DNA of 63,834 bases, counting the filler, from Lama guanicoe (lineage: Eukaryota), in assembly GCA_013239625.1 (NCBI GenBank). It is 80 parts of 78 records of this genome, joined end to end, with 100 filler letters (N's around TTAATTAATTAA, not from the genome) between each part and the next. Parts side by side here need not be neighbours in the genome. Positions count along the whole stretch, not along the records: positions 50,018 to 50,763 come from PNXV01022998.1; positions 50,864 to 51,505 come from PNXV01022999.1; positions 51,606 to 52,368 come from PNXV01023000.1; positions 52,469 to 53,219 come from PNXV01023001.1; positions 53,320 to 53,826 come from PNXV01023003.1; positions 53,927 to 54,130 come from PNXV01023004.1; positions 54,231 to 54,694 come from PNXV01023008.1; positions 54,795 to 55,384 come from PNXV01023009.1; 72 more parts are not named here. One strand, 5' to 3'. The translations under genes and the position numbers were made by a program. Below, piece by piece: positions 50,018 through 62,225 of the stretch. Under the pieces are notes generated by a model. That model had not been told where the DNA came from. It ran no database searches and saw nothing but the letters and a program-made list of their open reading frames with translations. How positions within the stretch are numbered: position 1 is the first letter of the stretch; each line of letters begins with the position of its first letter.

Positions 50018-50763
50018 TTTCCTGTGTGAAAGATCAGTCCAGTGATGGTAATGTGGTGTTATAATCTCCTACTATGATTGTTTTTCCAGTGAGTAATCTC
50101 TTTTTATCTATTAGTATTTGCTTTATGAATTTAGGTGCTCCTATATTGAGTGCACATATCTTAATGGGTGTAAAACCTTTATTTTGTATTGTTCTTTTAA
50201 TCGTTATACCATGTCCTTGTTTATCTTTCTCTATGGCCTTTCTTGTAAAGTCTATTTTGTGTAAAGTCAGTACTGCTAGTCCTTTTTTCTTGTCATGTGC
50301 ATTTGCATGGAATATAATATGAGTTTGAATTGATGTGTTCTCCTGTTACTAAAGTGGGTCTCTTGTATGCTTCATAATGTAGGGTGTTGTTATATTATCC
50401 CATCTGACAATATATATCTTTTGATTGAACCACAATGTCCATTACGTTTCTGATAATTGTTGATAGACCAGTGTTTATTTAGATTTTAAACTTCATTTTC
50501 CAGTTGATTTGGTATCTCTTTTTTGATCATTTTTTTTTCTTTTTGTGGCTTGATAAGTTTTCTTTTATTATCTTGGTTTCTTTTTGTCTTTGTGACTTCA
50601 TTGTAAACTTTTGAATTATGGTTACCTTGTTTTGTATTTATATTGACCCGTACTATACCTGTTAATTTTACTGATTAGAATACAAATTCAAACCCATCCT
50701 ACAGAGAAGAGAAACAAGAAGAAAACCCTCTGTATTGTCCTGTTTCACTTTCTGACGCTTAAA
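50018..50763 (-). mobile_element. Decayed L1 endonuclease region and inter-ORF, antisense
   Basis: ttagtatttgctttatgaatttaggtgctcctatattgagtgcacatat corresponds to the I(Y/C)A.NIGAPKFIKQIL motif of the L1 endonuclease. Confidence 0.88.
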
Positions 50764-51249
50764 NNNNNNNNNNNNNNNNNNNNNNNNNNNNNNNNNNNNN
50801 NNNNNNNTTAATTAATTAANNNNNNNNNNNNNNNNNNNNNNNNNNNNNNNNNNNNNNNNNNNNTCTGCTATTTGTTTTATGTATGAACACAAATACTGTG
50901 TAAGCTGCATCCATATGTAAAGATGAATGCAGACTAAATAAACTTAGAGCACACACACACATACACACATAATTTAGACACGTTCTAATTCATGTGTCTA
51001 TCGTAACAGACTCTTTGCTAAGTTGGACAGATACCCACAACAGATATATTTCTGCTGGTTCAGAACTAACCCAGTTCCAACTAGAAGAACCAGCTCCCCA
51101 CTTAGATCTCAATCACATATTACCTGTCTGAAGACCTAGGTCTTAGAAGAAAATTTCTAACCTAAAGCTTAAAGTAATGTAAGTGAGGTTGCATTGGGGG
51201 AGAAGGACATTGAATTTTGGGGGGACAATGTGTTTTAATAATAAGAAAT

Positions 51250-51505
51250 CATACCAGTCAGAATGGCCATCATTAAAAAGTCCACAAATGATAAATGCTG
51301 GAGAGGCTGTGGAGAAAAGGGAACCCTCCTACACTGCTGGTGGGAATGTAAACTAGTGCCGCCACTATGGAGGACAGTATAGAGATTCCTTAAAACACTG
51401 AGAATAGACTTACCCTATGATCCAGCAATTGCAGTCTTGGGTGTATATCCAGAGGAAACTCTAATTGGAAAAGACACATGCACCCCAATGTTCATAGCAG
51501 CACCA
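51250..51505 (+). mobile_element. Young LINE-1 3' ORF2 fragment
   Basis: accagtcagaatggccatcattaaaaagtccacaaatgataaatgctggagagg...gacacatgcaccccaatgttcatagcagcac. Confidence 0.95.
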
Positions 51506-51605
51506 NNNNNNNNNNNNNNNNNNNNNNNNNNNNNNNNNNNNNNNNNNNNTTAATTAATTAANNNNNNNNNNNNNNNNNNNNNNNNNNNNNNNNNNNNNNN
51601 NNNNN

Positions 51606-52368
51606 GTTGAACACCTCACTATTCTGATGGCCATATCATCCAGAAAGAATATCTTTAAGGAAACAGAAGTCTTAATGTCAAATTAGATCATTTGAACCTA
51701 AATGAGATATTGGACACTGCATCAGAAAAGGAGAACACATAAGATTCTCATGGGTGCACAGGATGATTTCTAAAGAATTAGCCACATATTATGTCATAAA
51801 AAGAGCCTCAGGAACATTAAGCTAATATAGTTTACAGCAAGTAATTTTCCATACACAAAATTATGAAACTATGCATCAAATCTGGAGAGAAGAACAGGAA
51901 AACCACAAACATGAGATTAAACTACATCCTTTAAAAAAATAAAATAAAACAAGGTCAATGATGAAATCAAAGAGACAATGAAGAAATCAAAGAGGTAATG
52001 AAAACATACCTAGAATCAAATTACAATGAAAAGAGCTTCATAAAACTTATGGGATGCAGCAAAGGCAAATCTAAGGGGGAAGTTTAGAGCAATTCAGGCC
52101 TTCAACAAGGAAAAAGGAAAACCTCACACGAAGGACCAAGCTTGCCAACCAAAATAAAGTGAAATAAGAACAAACAAAACCTAAAGGCAGTAGAAAGAGA
52201 AATCTTTAATGATTAGTTTGAAAATAAATACAATAAAATTAAAAAATAAATTAAAAATCATAAAAAAGACAGCTTTTATTTTCTTAAAAATTTTAACAAG
52301 TTGATAAGAATTTAGCCAGGCTTATCAAGAAATACAGGGAGTGGACCCCCCAAAAATAATAAATGAAA
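51606..52368 (+). mobile_element. Decayed L1 ORF2 (end of endonuclease and linker region), sense
   Basis: aacacctcactattctgatggccatatcatccag...aacttatgggatgcagcaaaggcaaatctaagggggaagtttagagcaatt. Confidence 0.88.
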
Positions 52369-53319
52369 NNNNNNNNNNNNNNNNNNNNNNNNNNNNNNNN
52401 NNNNNNNNNNNNTTAATTAATTAANNNNNNNNNNNNNNNNNNNNNNNNNNNNNNNNNNNNNNNNNNNNGCTTCTCCCAAGCGGCCCAAATGACTGACATT
52501 GATATGCTTAATTCGTATGAAATGTTATGTGAAAATAAGAGAAAAAGGTAGTAAGAAATTGTTTGGAAAACTGGAAAAAAACAATTCTTCCCCAGCTGGG
52601 GGAGTGTAAACTGTGTCTCTCACCCCACTCACTGCCCGTCCCCCTCCTCCCTGCGGACTCATGTCACCTCCTCCCTGCCGACTCCACGACTCCACGTTCA
52701 GAGGCCACTCTGAGCCTTTGAAGAACATTTTGCTTCATGACACTGTTGACTAGGACCTGCGACCTCTCTGTCCCTGGTAAACTCTCTCTTCAAAGCCATT
52801 TAATTTTTTGCAGACTCCTCCGCTAAGATGTAAGAATAGCCTCTTTAAACTTCTTGATGCAGCTCCTGAATGAAGATCATGCGAAGGAAACCTAGCCAAA
52901 ACCTGGGAGGTATGCACATAGTGACTGCAACCACAGCATTTTGTGATGTTCAGAATCAGAGGGGTGGGTGACTCAGGAAAGGCTTTTTTAAGGTAACAAG
53001 GGGAAAGTGCAAGGATGCAGGCTGTGTGAGAAGAAACATCTCGGTCTCAGCCAGCTAGGCACCTGAGTTCAGGATGGTGTTTGGAGAGTGCGGAGTTCTC
53101 GCAGAAAAGAAGTGGTGGCATGGGAGGGGGGACAGTTGGGTATTTAACTGGGGAGGGAAAAAGTGGGCTTAACATTTCCTGGTTGAACAAGAGGATTGTG
53201 ACATGTTATGCTTGTATTTNNNNNNNNNNNNNNNNNNNNNNNNNNNNNNNNNNNNNNNNNNNNTTAATTAATTAANNNNNNNNNNNNNNNNNNNNNNNNN
53301 NNNNNNNNNNNNNNNNNNN

Positions 53320-53826
53320 GTGAATATAGAATTTAGAACATAGAATGAATAACACACAGTATAGAATACAGAAAACGGAATACTGAATATAAAATTTTGA
53401 ATATAGAATGTAGAACACAGAATATAGAGTTTAGAATACGGAATGCAGAGTATAGAATTCAGAACATAGAATATAGAAACAGAATATAGAATATGGAAAA
53501 CAGAATACAAAACACAGAATTGAAAACGTGGAATGCAAAACACAGAATTAAGAATATAGAATACCGAACACTCAATATAGAATTTAGAATAAAGAATGTA
53601 GAACACAGAAACTAGAATATAGAATAAAAATAGAATAAACTGAATAAAGGATTTAGAATATAGAAAGTAGAAAATAGAATATAAATTAGAGGATAGAGAG
53701 TATAGAACCCAGAATTTAGAACATGGAAATTACAAAACAGCATTTAGAATATAGAATATAGAATAAAGAATATCGAGTTTAGAATATAGAATGTAGAACA
53801 CAGAATATGGAATGTAAAATACCGAA
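53320..53826 (+). repeat. Heptamer satellite, family C
   Basis: 7-bp periodicity. Confidence 0.96.
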
Positions 53827-54230
53827 NNNNNNNNNNNNNNNNNNNNNNNNNNNNNNNNNNNNNNNNNNNNTTAATTAATTAANNNNNNNNNNNNNNNNNN
53901 NNNNNNNNNNNNNNNNNNNNNNNNNNTGCTCAGGTGTGTCTCCCACAGCAGGGATGGCGGGCCCCAGGGCACGATTTACATGTCTCTACCTGGCCCCTGC
54001 CTGCCTCAGACCGGGCATGACGGGCTCAGCCTCACTATGAACATATGAGCAGCCTCATTTGCAGGGGGAGACAGCCATACTCCAGAACAATCCCTGCGCA
54101 GGTCTCCGGGGTCACGGGAAGTTAATGCGTNNNNNNNNNNNNNNNNNNNNNNNNNNNNNNNNNNNNNNNNNNNNTTAATTAATTAANNNNNNNNNNNNNN
54201 NNNNNNNNNNNNNNNNNNNNNNNNNNNNNN

Positions 54231-54694
54231 ATTTGGAATCCAATGGATTCCTAGTCCGTGATACAGACTTGCAAGTCTTTCAACAGTATGAATGAATGCC
54301 ATCTTCTACACTACGTAGAGAAGAAATGGCACAAGCCTACAACAAGGAAAAGTAGCTCCGCAAAAGTGTACTAAGATCAAAAGAGACAGGCAGTAAAGTG
54401 GACATTGGGGATTGTATCTTTCCTAGGAATTTCAGCCCCCTTGAAACAAATGGATAGATGTCCCGTGAATGCGGGTGTTTCAGCAGAAATCAACCGACGG
54501 CTATGTATTGCGGGTGTGCCCATATTACAGGAACAATAGTTTCCCTTAGTGGGTCATGAACTGTTAGAAAGTTTAAAGACGTGTGAAACATTCAACTGAA
54601 AATGGACACACTTCCCTCCGTTGCTACAGTGCAAAGTGATATGAGCAACAGGAAAGAGGGAAGAACAAAGGCCCATGGGACGCTAGTGGGTAGA
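54231..54694 (+). repeat. L1-derived multi-copy element, copy 3 (endonuclease-like region)
   Basis: 54458-54694 is the reverse complement of 47394-47639 with an ~11-bp deletion; ggaatttcagcccccttgaaacaaatggatagatgtccc resembles L1 GDFNTPL..MDRSS. Confidence 0.8.
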
Positions 54695-55285
54695 NNNNNN
54701 NNNNNNNNNNNNNNNNNNNNNNNNNNNNNNNNNNNNNNTTAATTAATTAANNNNNNNNNNNNNNNNNNNNNNNNNNNNNNNNNNNNNNNNNNNNACTCCA
54801 TATTTGATCTGTACCTTTGACTTTAACAAAGCCAAGTTAATATCCTCCGGTCCTTTCTTGGGTTATGATGTCACTTAGGAGATGGACAGGTCAACAAGGA
54901 ACCACTCTGCCGTGGTTACAGAGCCGGGGAAAGGGATGGGCTGCAAGATGTATGACGCAGCTGCAACTGTGCCCGTGCTTCTAGGCAGGTATCCAAAATC
55001 GCCTCGACAAGGTGTCAAACACTTGTGCCCACGTCCTCATCAAAAGACATGTATTAAAGACAAATGGAACCATATAAAAGGCCAATACCCTTGCTGGGTA
55101 CACCGTCCAAAGAACAAAGTCACTTGACAACTGCTCGGTTCCCTGGGATTCATTCTTGAAGAACCTTATAAACCACTCCTCTGTCCTCAAGAAGTGCTGC
55201 ATATTTGTCCTATCTTTGGCTCAGGGATGGAGCACGTTCAAGTGAAGTTTAATGTCTGCACAGATTTGACAGTCTTTCTCCTGGT

Positions 55286-55364
55286 TCACTTGTCCATTCC
55301 AAAGAAGCCTGAGCTAAGTCCATCCTCCGTATGACCTATTCCCTCCAGGGACAGCTCATTGAGC
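55286..55364 (-). CDS. Candidate terminal coding exon, unidentified (LNELSLEGIGHTEDGLSSGFFGMDK*)
   Basis: Acceptor-like cttttaattgcag, open frame to TGA, then non-repetitive UTR-like sequence. Confidence 0.3.
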
Positions 55365-55484
55365 CTGCAATTAAAAGCCAAGTGNNNNNNNNNNNNNNNN
55401 NNNNNNNNNNNNNNNNNNNNNNNNNNNNTTAATTAATTAANNNNNNNNNNNNNNNNNNNNNNNNNNNNNNNNNNNNNNNNNNNN

Positions 55485-56069
55485 ACTACATTTTATATGC
55501 TGAATTCTGTATTCTACATTCGAAAGTCTGTGTCCTACATTCTAAAGTCTGCATTCTATATTCTGTATACTGTACTGAATATTCTAATTTCTCTGTTTTG
55601 AATTCCATGTTCTAATTTCTGGGTTCTGTAGTCTGTATTTTATATTCTATATTTTGTGTACTACAAACTGTATTCTACATTCTATATTGTATATTCTGTA
55701 TTCTGCTTATAAATTCTTTGTTCTGAATTCCATGTTCTTAATTCTGTGTTCTCTATTCTGCATTCTATATTCTATATTCTGTGTTCTACATTCTAGATTC
55801 TTCATTCTATATTCTACATTCTATATTCGGTATTCTGTATTCTACTTTCTGTATTCTACATTCTGTATTCCAATTTCTATATTCATATATTCTGTGAATT
55901 CTGTATTGAAAATTCTGGGTTCTGCATTCCATGTTCTAAATTCTGGGTTCTGCTTTCTGTATTCTATATGCTATAATTGTTATTCTACATTCTATATTCT
56001 AAATTGTATTTTCTGTATTCTATTTTATTTTTATAAATTCTCTGTTCTGCATTCCGTGTTCTAAATTCT
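55485..56069 (-). repeat. Heptamer satellite, family C
   Basis: 7-bp periodicity. Confidence 0.96.
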
Positions 56070-56169
56070 NNNNNNNNNNNNNNNNNNNNNNNNNNNNNNN
56101 NNNNNNNNNNNNNTTAATTAATTAANNNNNNNNNNNNNNNNNNNNNNNNNNNNNNNNNNNNNNNNNNNN

Positions 56170-56648
56170 AGAATCCATTAGCTTGTATTCCTTGAGTGTG
56201 TCCCTATGCCGGGCTGAGGGGGAAATATGGGAGTTTGGCTTGGAGGCCAAGTAGCAGCAACTGACACTGATGGAATATGGAATTATTTAGAGGACTTCTC
56301 CCTAATGGGAAACAAGTGTGATCCCATTCATCTACTTGGATTGTGGCTCCACATCTCCCCGCCACACAAGGTTGGCTTCCGGAATTCTGAGAGTGGGAAA
56401 GTTCCTCCAACTGAGAGCAGTGCCAAAGTAGAATCCTTAAGCTTCTGTTCCCTGATGGATTGCATAAGCTGGAGTGCGGTTCAAAGTGGGATTTGGGCTC
56501 TAAATCCAAGTATTAGTGAGTGCCTCTCCATGGGAAGTTGAGGTGTTTAAACATCAACCCCCAACATGGGAATACCTTTGCCCCCTGGAATACGTGTGTA
56601 CACTGTTTCTCCACCAACAGCACACACACGAAGAAATTTTCTGGAATC
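56170..56648 (-). repeat. Diverged ~265-bp satellite, family B
   Basis: First monomer aligns to 2727-2969; second aligns to 3244-3440 (tgggctctaaa.ccaagtattag.gagtgc). Confidence 0.88.
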
Positions 56649-56748
56649 NNNNNNNNNNNNNNNNNNNNNNNNNNNNNNNNNNNNNNNNNNNNTTAATTAA
56701 TTAANNNNNNNNNNNNNNNNNNNNNNNNNNNNNNNNNNNNNNNNNNNN

Positions 56749-57823
56749 TGAACACAGAATATAGAATACAGAGTAGAGGATATAGAACCCAGAATTTGGA
56801 ACATGGAACGCAGAATTCAGTATTTAGAATATAGAATACAGAATACTGAATATAGATTTTAGAACATGGAATGCAGAACACAGAGTTTAGAATATATAAT
56901 ACAGAATACTGAATATAGATTTTAGAACATGGAATGCAGAACACAGAGTTTAGAATATATAATACAGAATACTGAATATAGATTTTAGAACATGGAATGC
57001 AGAACACAGAGTTTAGAATATATAATACAGAATACTGAATATAGAATTTAGATTATAGAATGTAGGACACAGAATATAGAACGTAGAATAAGGAATGCAA
57101 AATAAAGAATGCAGAATATAGAATGTACAACACAGAATGTAGAATATGTAAAACAGAATACAGAACCGAGAATATAGAACATGGAATGCAGAACACAGAG
57201 TTAAGAATATATAATACAGAATACTGAAAATAAAATTTTGAATATAGAATTAGAACACAGAATATGGAATNNNNNNNNNNNNNNNNNNNNNNNNNNNNNN
57301 NNNNNNNNNNNNNNNNNNNNNNNNNNNNNNNNNNNNNNNNNNNNNNNNNNNNNNNNNNNNNNNNNNNNNNNNNNNNNNNNNNNNNNNNNNNNNNNNNNNN
57401 NNNNNNNNNNNNNNNNNNNNNNNNNNNNNNNNNNNNNNNNNNNNNNNNNNNNNNNNNNNNNNNNNNNNNNNNNNNNNNNNNNNNNNNNNNNNNNNNNNNN
57501 NNNNNNNNNNNNNNNNNNNNNNNNNNNNNNNNNNNNNNNNNNNNNNNNNNNNNNNNNNNNNNNNNNNNNNNNNNNNNNNNNNNNNNNNNNNNNNNNNNNN
57601 NNNNNNNNNNNNNNNNNNNNNNNNNNNNNNNNNNNNNNNNNNNNNNNNNNNNNNNNNNNNNNNNNNNNNNNNNNNNNNNNNNNNNNNNNNNNNNNNNNNN
57701 NNNNNNNNNNNNNNNNCAAATATAGAGAATGGAGAATATAGAAGCCAGAATTTAGAAACGGAATGCAGAACAGAGAATTTCGAATATAGAATACAGAATA
57801 CTGAATAAAGATTTTAGAATATT
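56749..57823 (+). repeat. Heptamer satellite, family C, with perfect 63-bp tandem copies
   Basis: AGAACATGGAATGC recurs at 56861, 56924, 56987. Confidence 0.97.
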
Positions 57824-57923
57824 NNNNNNNNNNNNNNNNNNNNNNNNNNNNNNNNNNNNNNNNNNNNTTAATTAATTAANNNNNNNNNNNNNNNNNNNNN
57901 NNNNNNNNNNNNNNNNNNNNNNN

Positions 57924-58903
57924 CTATATTCTGTGTTCTATATTCAATATTCTGTATTCTATATTCTACATTTTGTATTCTATATTCTCTATTCTGTGTC
58001 CTACATTCTTTAATCTAAATTCATTATTCATTATTCTATATTCTATATTCTGTGTTCAACATTCTATTTTCTAAATTCTATATTCAGTATTCTGTATACA
58101 ATATTCTAAATTCTGTGTTCTGCATTCCATATTCTATATTCTGTGTTCTGCATTCTATATTTTAAATTCTGGGTTCAATNNNNNNNNNNNNNNNNNNNNN
58201 NNNNNNNNNNNNNNNNNNNNNNNNNNNNNNNNNNNNNNNNNNNNNNNNNNNNNNNNNNNNNNNNNNNNNNNNNNNNNNNNNNNNNNNNNNNNNNNNNNNN
58301 NNNNNNNNNNNNNNNNNNNNNNNNNNNNNNNNNNNNNNNNNNNNNNNNNNNNNNNNNNNNNNNNNNNNNNNNNNNNNNNNNNNATAATCTATTTTTTCTA
58401 CATTCTGTATACTCTTTTCTATATTCTGAATTCCGTAATCTATATTCTATATACTGTGTTCTACATTCTTATTCTAAATTCTATATTAAGTATTCTGTAT
58501 TCTATATTCTAAATTCTGTGTTCAACATTCCATGTTCCAAATGCTGTGTTCTACATTCTCTTTTCTATATTCTATATTTTGTGTTATTCATTTTATATTC
58601 TAAATTCTATATTCTGCATTCCGTATTCTATGTTCTATTTTCTGTGTTCTACATTCTATATTATAAATTCTATATTCAGTATTCTGTTTTCTATATTCCA
58701 AATACTGTGTTCTTTATTCTCTCTTCCATATTCTATATTCTGTGTTTTACATTCTATATTCTAAATCGTATATTAAGTAGATTCTGTGTTTTACATTCTA
58801 TATTCTAAATCGTATATTAAGTACACTGTGTTCTATATACTAAATTCTGTGTTATACATTCTATATTCTAAATTCTAGATTAAGTATTCTGTTTGCTATA
58901 GTT
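57924..58903 (-). repeat. Heptamer satellite, family C
   Basis: 7-bp periodicity; 44-bp local duplication at 58741/58785. Confidence 0.96.
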
Positions 58904-59194
58904 NNNNNNNNNNNNNNNNNNNNNNNNNNNNNNNNNNNNNNNNNNNNTTAATTAATTAANNNNNNNNNNNNNNNNNNNNNNNNNNNNNNNNNNNNNNNNN
59001 NNNGGCCTGCTGTGGGGATCTGAGATGCAACTGTGGCTCCACCACCTGCTGGTGGTGAGACCCCAGCTGAGTTACCTCATCGTCAGTATTGGGGCCCTCG
59101 TGTCTGTAAGTGGGGTCACAGCACCTGAGTGCTGGCACCGTGTGGAGGGTTTCTGGGCCCCACATGTGAGCAGTGGATGGTGTCCAGCACACAG

Positions 59195-59469
59195 CAATGA
59201 ACCTGGTTCTTTGAAAATATTCATAAAATCAAAATAAATCTCTAGCAAGCGTGACAAAGAAAAGGAGAGAAAGACACTAACAAGTTCAGGAAAGAAATGT
59301 GATTTTACCACCAATCCTGCAGACATGAAGAGGATGATAGACACCACGAACAACAGCACACATGGAAATCTAACAGCTCAGATCAGTGACCTACCCTTGA
59401 AACACACAAACTACCGCAATTCACCCAACAGGACAGATCATTAGAATAGCCCTATAATTGCTAACGAAA
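59195..59469 (+). mobile_element. Older L1 ORF2 fragment
   Basis: ctggttctttgaaaatattcataaaatc...ccttgaaacacacaaactacc...gaatagccctata. Confidence 0.8.
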
Positions 59470-59569
59470 NNNNNNNNNNNNNNNNNNNNNNNNNNNNNNN
59501 NNNNNNNNNNNNNTTAATTAATTAANNNNNNNNNNNNNNNNNNNNNNNNNNNNNNNNNNNNNNNNNNNN

Positions 59570-60394
59570 GCCCCAATCCTGCCATCTCCAGCCCTGCTGC
59601 TGCCACTGCCGCCGCCCCGCCCCCCTGGCCATAGCCGGCCTGCCTCCCAGGGGCAGGCTGACTGGGGGACAGACACTCATTCCAGGAAGCTCTGGCAGCA
59701 GCGGCCAGGCGGCGGGAGAGGTGGGAGCAAGTGGACTGGCTCTCCAAGGGCAGCCGCCCTCCGCCTCCGCCGCCGCCACCACTAGAACTGCTGCCCGCTG
59801 TCCATCCCGGCAACCGAGGGCAGGGCTGCAGCTGCTCCCTCCCTCCCCGCAGCAGCATCAAGCAGCCAAGGCCCACTGGCTAGCGGTGTGCCGCCCAGGA
59901 ACACCCTGACCCATGGGAGGCACCTCAGAGGAGGCAGTGGGCATGGGGGTGGGGCAGGGAAGTGGAATGGCCTCAAGCCCCGCCCACCCTCCCGCCCGCC
60001 CGGGGCCGGGCACCTGGGACCCAGGGCTGTGTGCCTGCCGTGGGCCCCGGGGATCCCTGTCTAGCGGCTGTCGCCGGGGTGATCGGAGCCCAGACCGCCC
60101 CGCTCCCGCGAGGAAAGGGCTGATGGGGTCATCTGGGGTAGGGGTGCACTCCGGGTGTGGGGCGATCTGGCGGTGAGGGCGGACAGGCTGAGGGGGAGGG
60201 GTTGCTGGGAGCAGAAGTGACCCGGCTGAGGGGTGGGGGGGTCATTCCGAGGTGAAGGGTTAGGGGAGTATCTCCGGACGGTGGGGGGACCTGGGGTGAG
60301 GCACGAGGGGTGAGCGCGGTTTACAGGGGCTGTGGCGTAGGACCTAGTGGGGCGCAGACCTGGGGCGGGACTTGGGTGTGAGGAGAAGCAGCTT
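59570..60394. promoter_or_regulatory. GC-rich CpG island, promoter/first-exon-like
   Basis: Very high GC, many CpGs, GC boxes (ccgccc, ggggcggg) and (GCC)n tracts; gene not identified. Confidence 0.7.
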
Positions 60395-60494
60395 NNNNNN
60401 NNNNNNNNNNNNNNNNNNNNNNNNNNNNNNNNNNNNNNTTAATTAATTAANNNNNNNNNNNNNNNNNNNNNNNNNNNNNNNNNNNNNNNNNNNN

Positions 60495-61303
60495 GTAAGA
60501 GCAAAATTTATAAATGGGACCTAATTAAACTTATAAGCTTTTGTACAGCAAATGGGACCATAAACAAAGGAAAATGGCAACCTACAGTATTAAAGGAAAT
60601 ATTTAGAAGTGATACAACTGACAAAGACTAAATTTCCAAAATATAAAGATTTCATACAACCTAGTAATAATAATAAGAAAAAAGAAATTCAATCTGAAAA
60701 TGGGCAGAAGCCCTAAAAAAGCATTTCTCCAATGGAGACGTACAAATGTCACACAGATATATGAAAAATAATTGCTCACTCTCATTATCAGAGAAGTGCA
60801 ATTCAAAACTGTAATGAAGTATCACTTCCCAATATTCATAATGGCCATCATTCAAAAGTTCACACACAATAAATGCTGGGGAAGCTGCGGAGAAAGGGAG
60901 CCCTCCTACACTGTTGTTAGGAATGTAGATTCGAGCAGTCACTTTGGAAAACAGGATGGGGATTCCTTTAAAGTATAAAAATAAACTTAACAAATGATCC
61001 AGCAATCCCACTTCTGGGTATATACCAAAGGGAACCATATTTCAAAAAGACACCTTCACCCCAATGTTCTTAGCAGTGCTATATACAACAGCCATGATAT
61101 GGAAGCAAATTAACTGTCAAACAACAGATGAGAGTATACAGAAGTTATCCTGTATTTACACAATAGAATAATATTCTGCAATAAAAAATGATAAAACAAT
61201 GACATTTGCAGAAAAATGTATGTCCCCAAAAAGTGTCATTCTAATTGAAGATAACCAGAAAGAGAAGGAAAAATAATACATGACATGACATATGTAGAAT
61301 CTT
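60495..61303 (+). mobile_element. Decayed LINE-1 ORF2 end and 3' UTR, sense
   Basis: aaatgggacctaattaaacttataagcttttgtacagcaa...atgatccagcaatcccacttctgggtatata. Confidence 0.93.
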
Positions 61304-61823
61304 NNNNNNNNNNNNNNNNNNNNNNNNNNNNNNNNNNNNNNNNNNNNTTAATTAATTAANNNNNNNNNNNNNNNNNNNNNNNNNNNNNNNNNNNNNNNNN
61401 NNNCCTTTAGAAGCTCCATTTCCACCAGAGGATGTGTCCTGTGCTCTTTCAGGTTTGTGACAGAAGCGTAATCAAAATGAGGTTATCCTAATCGAAATAG
61501 TATGGGGTGTTCATCACAACAAAGGCAACACCAGCAATTGGAGATAGACCAGACAACACACACAGGAACAGGACATGGCATCAATGTCTAGGAAAATTTG
61601 TCCTCACAGAAATCNNNNNNNNNNNNNNNNNNNNNNNNNNNNNNNNNNNNNNNNNNNNNNNNNNNNNNNNNNNNNNNNNNNNNNNNNNNNNNNNNNNNNN
61701 NNNNNNNNNNNNNNNNNNNNNNNNNNNNNNNNNNNNNNNNNNNNNNNNNNNNNNNNNNNNNNNNNNNNNNNNNNNNNNNNNNNNNNNNNNNNNNNNNNNN
61801 NNNNNNNNNNNNNNNNNNNNNNN

Positions 61824-62125
61824 GAGCAAGTATTGAAAATGGAGGTGAGGGAAACACTGAAGAACAACAGTGTCTCAGAATCACAAAAGGCAGAATACCA
61901 GAAAAGGGGAAGAGAAAGCCTAAAGACGAGCCAAACTATATCAGAAAACTCAGTGAATGAGAAAATATCAAGGCTAACATTCCGTCCTAAGCAGACGAGA
62001 TATTGCAGAGGGACGCGTGAATATCTTTGAAGACAGGTGAATACAAATCCCTCGGTCAGAAACACACATAGGAAATTAAGTGCAAACCAATGAAAACATT
62101 GCTGTTGAATCCTGGTTGAAGACAA
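61824..62125 (+). mobile_element. Highly diverged L1 ORF1 coiled-coil region
   Basis: SRRDIAEGRVNIFEDR*IQIPRSE resembles L1 ORF1 SRLD.AEERIS.LEDR..EI.QSE. Confidence 0.5.
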
Positions 62126-62225
62126 NNNNNNNNNNNNNNNNNNNNNNNNNNNNNNNNNNNNNNNNNNNNTTAATTAATTAANNNNNNNNNNNNNNNNNNN
62201 NNNNNNNNNNNNNNNNNNNNNNNNN

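Noticed and set aside
11831..58808. Family of hydrophobic YSVFYILYSKF-type small proteins
   Set aside because: These are translations of the pyrimidine-rich strand of the heptamer satellite, with no splice or codon evidence.
59514..59876. Gly/Ala-rich ORFs in the CpG island
   Set aside because: Open frames on both strands are expected at this GC content; no protein recognised.
2879..62125. Long ORFs containing X runs or ending in LIN/N
   Set aside because: They are artefacts of translating through N gaps and the linker.
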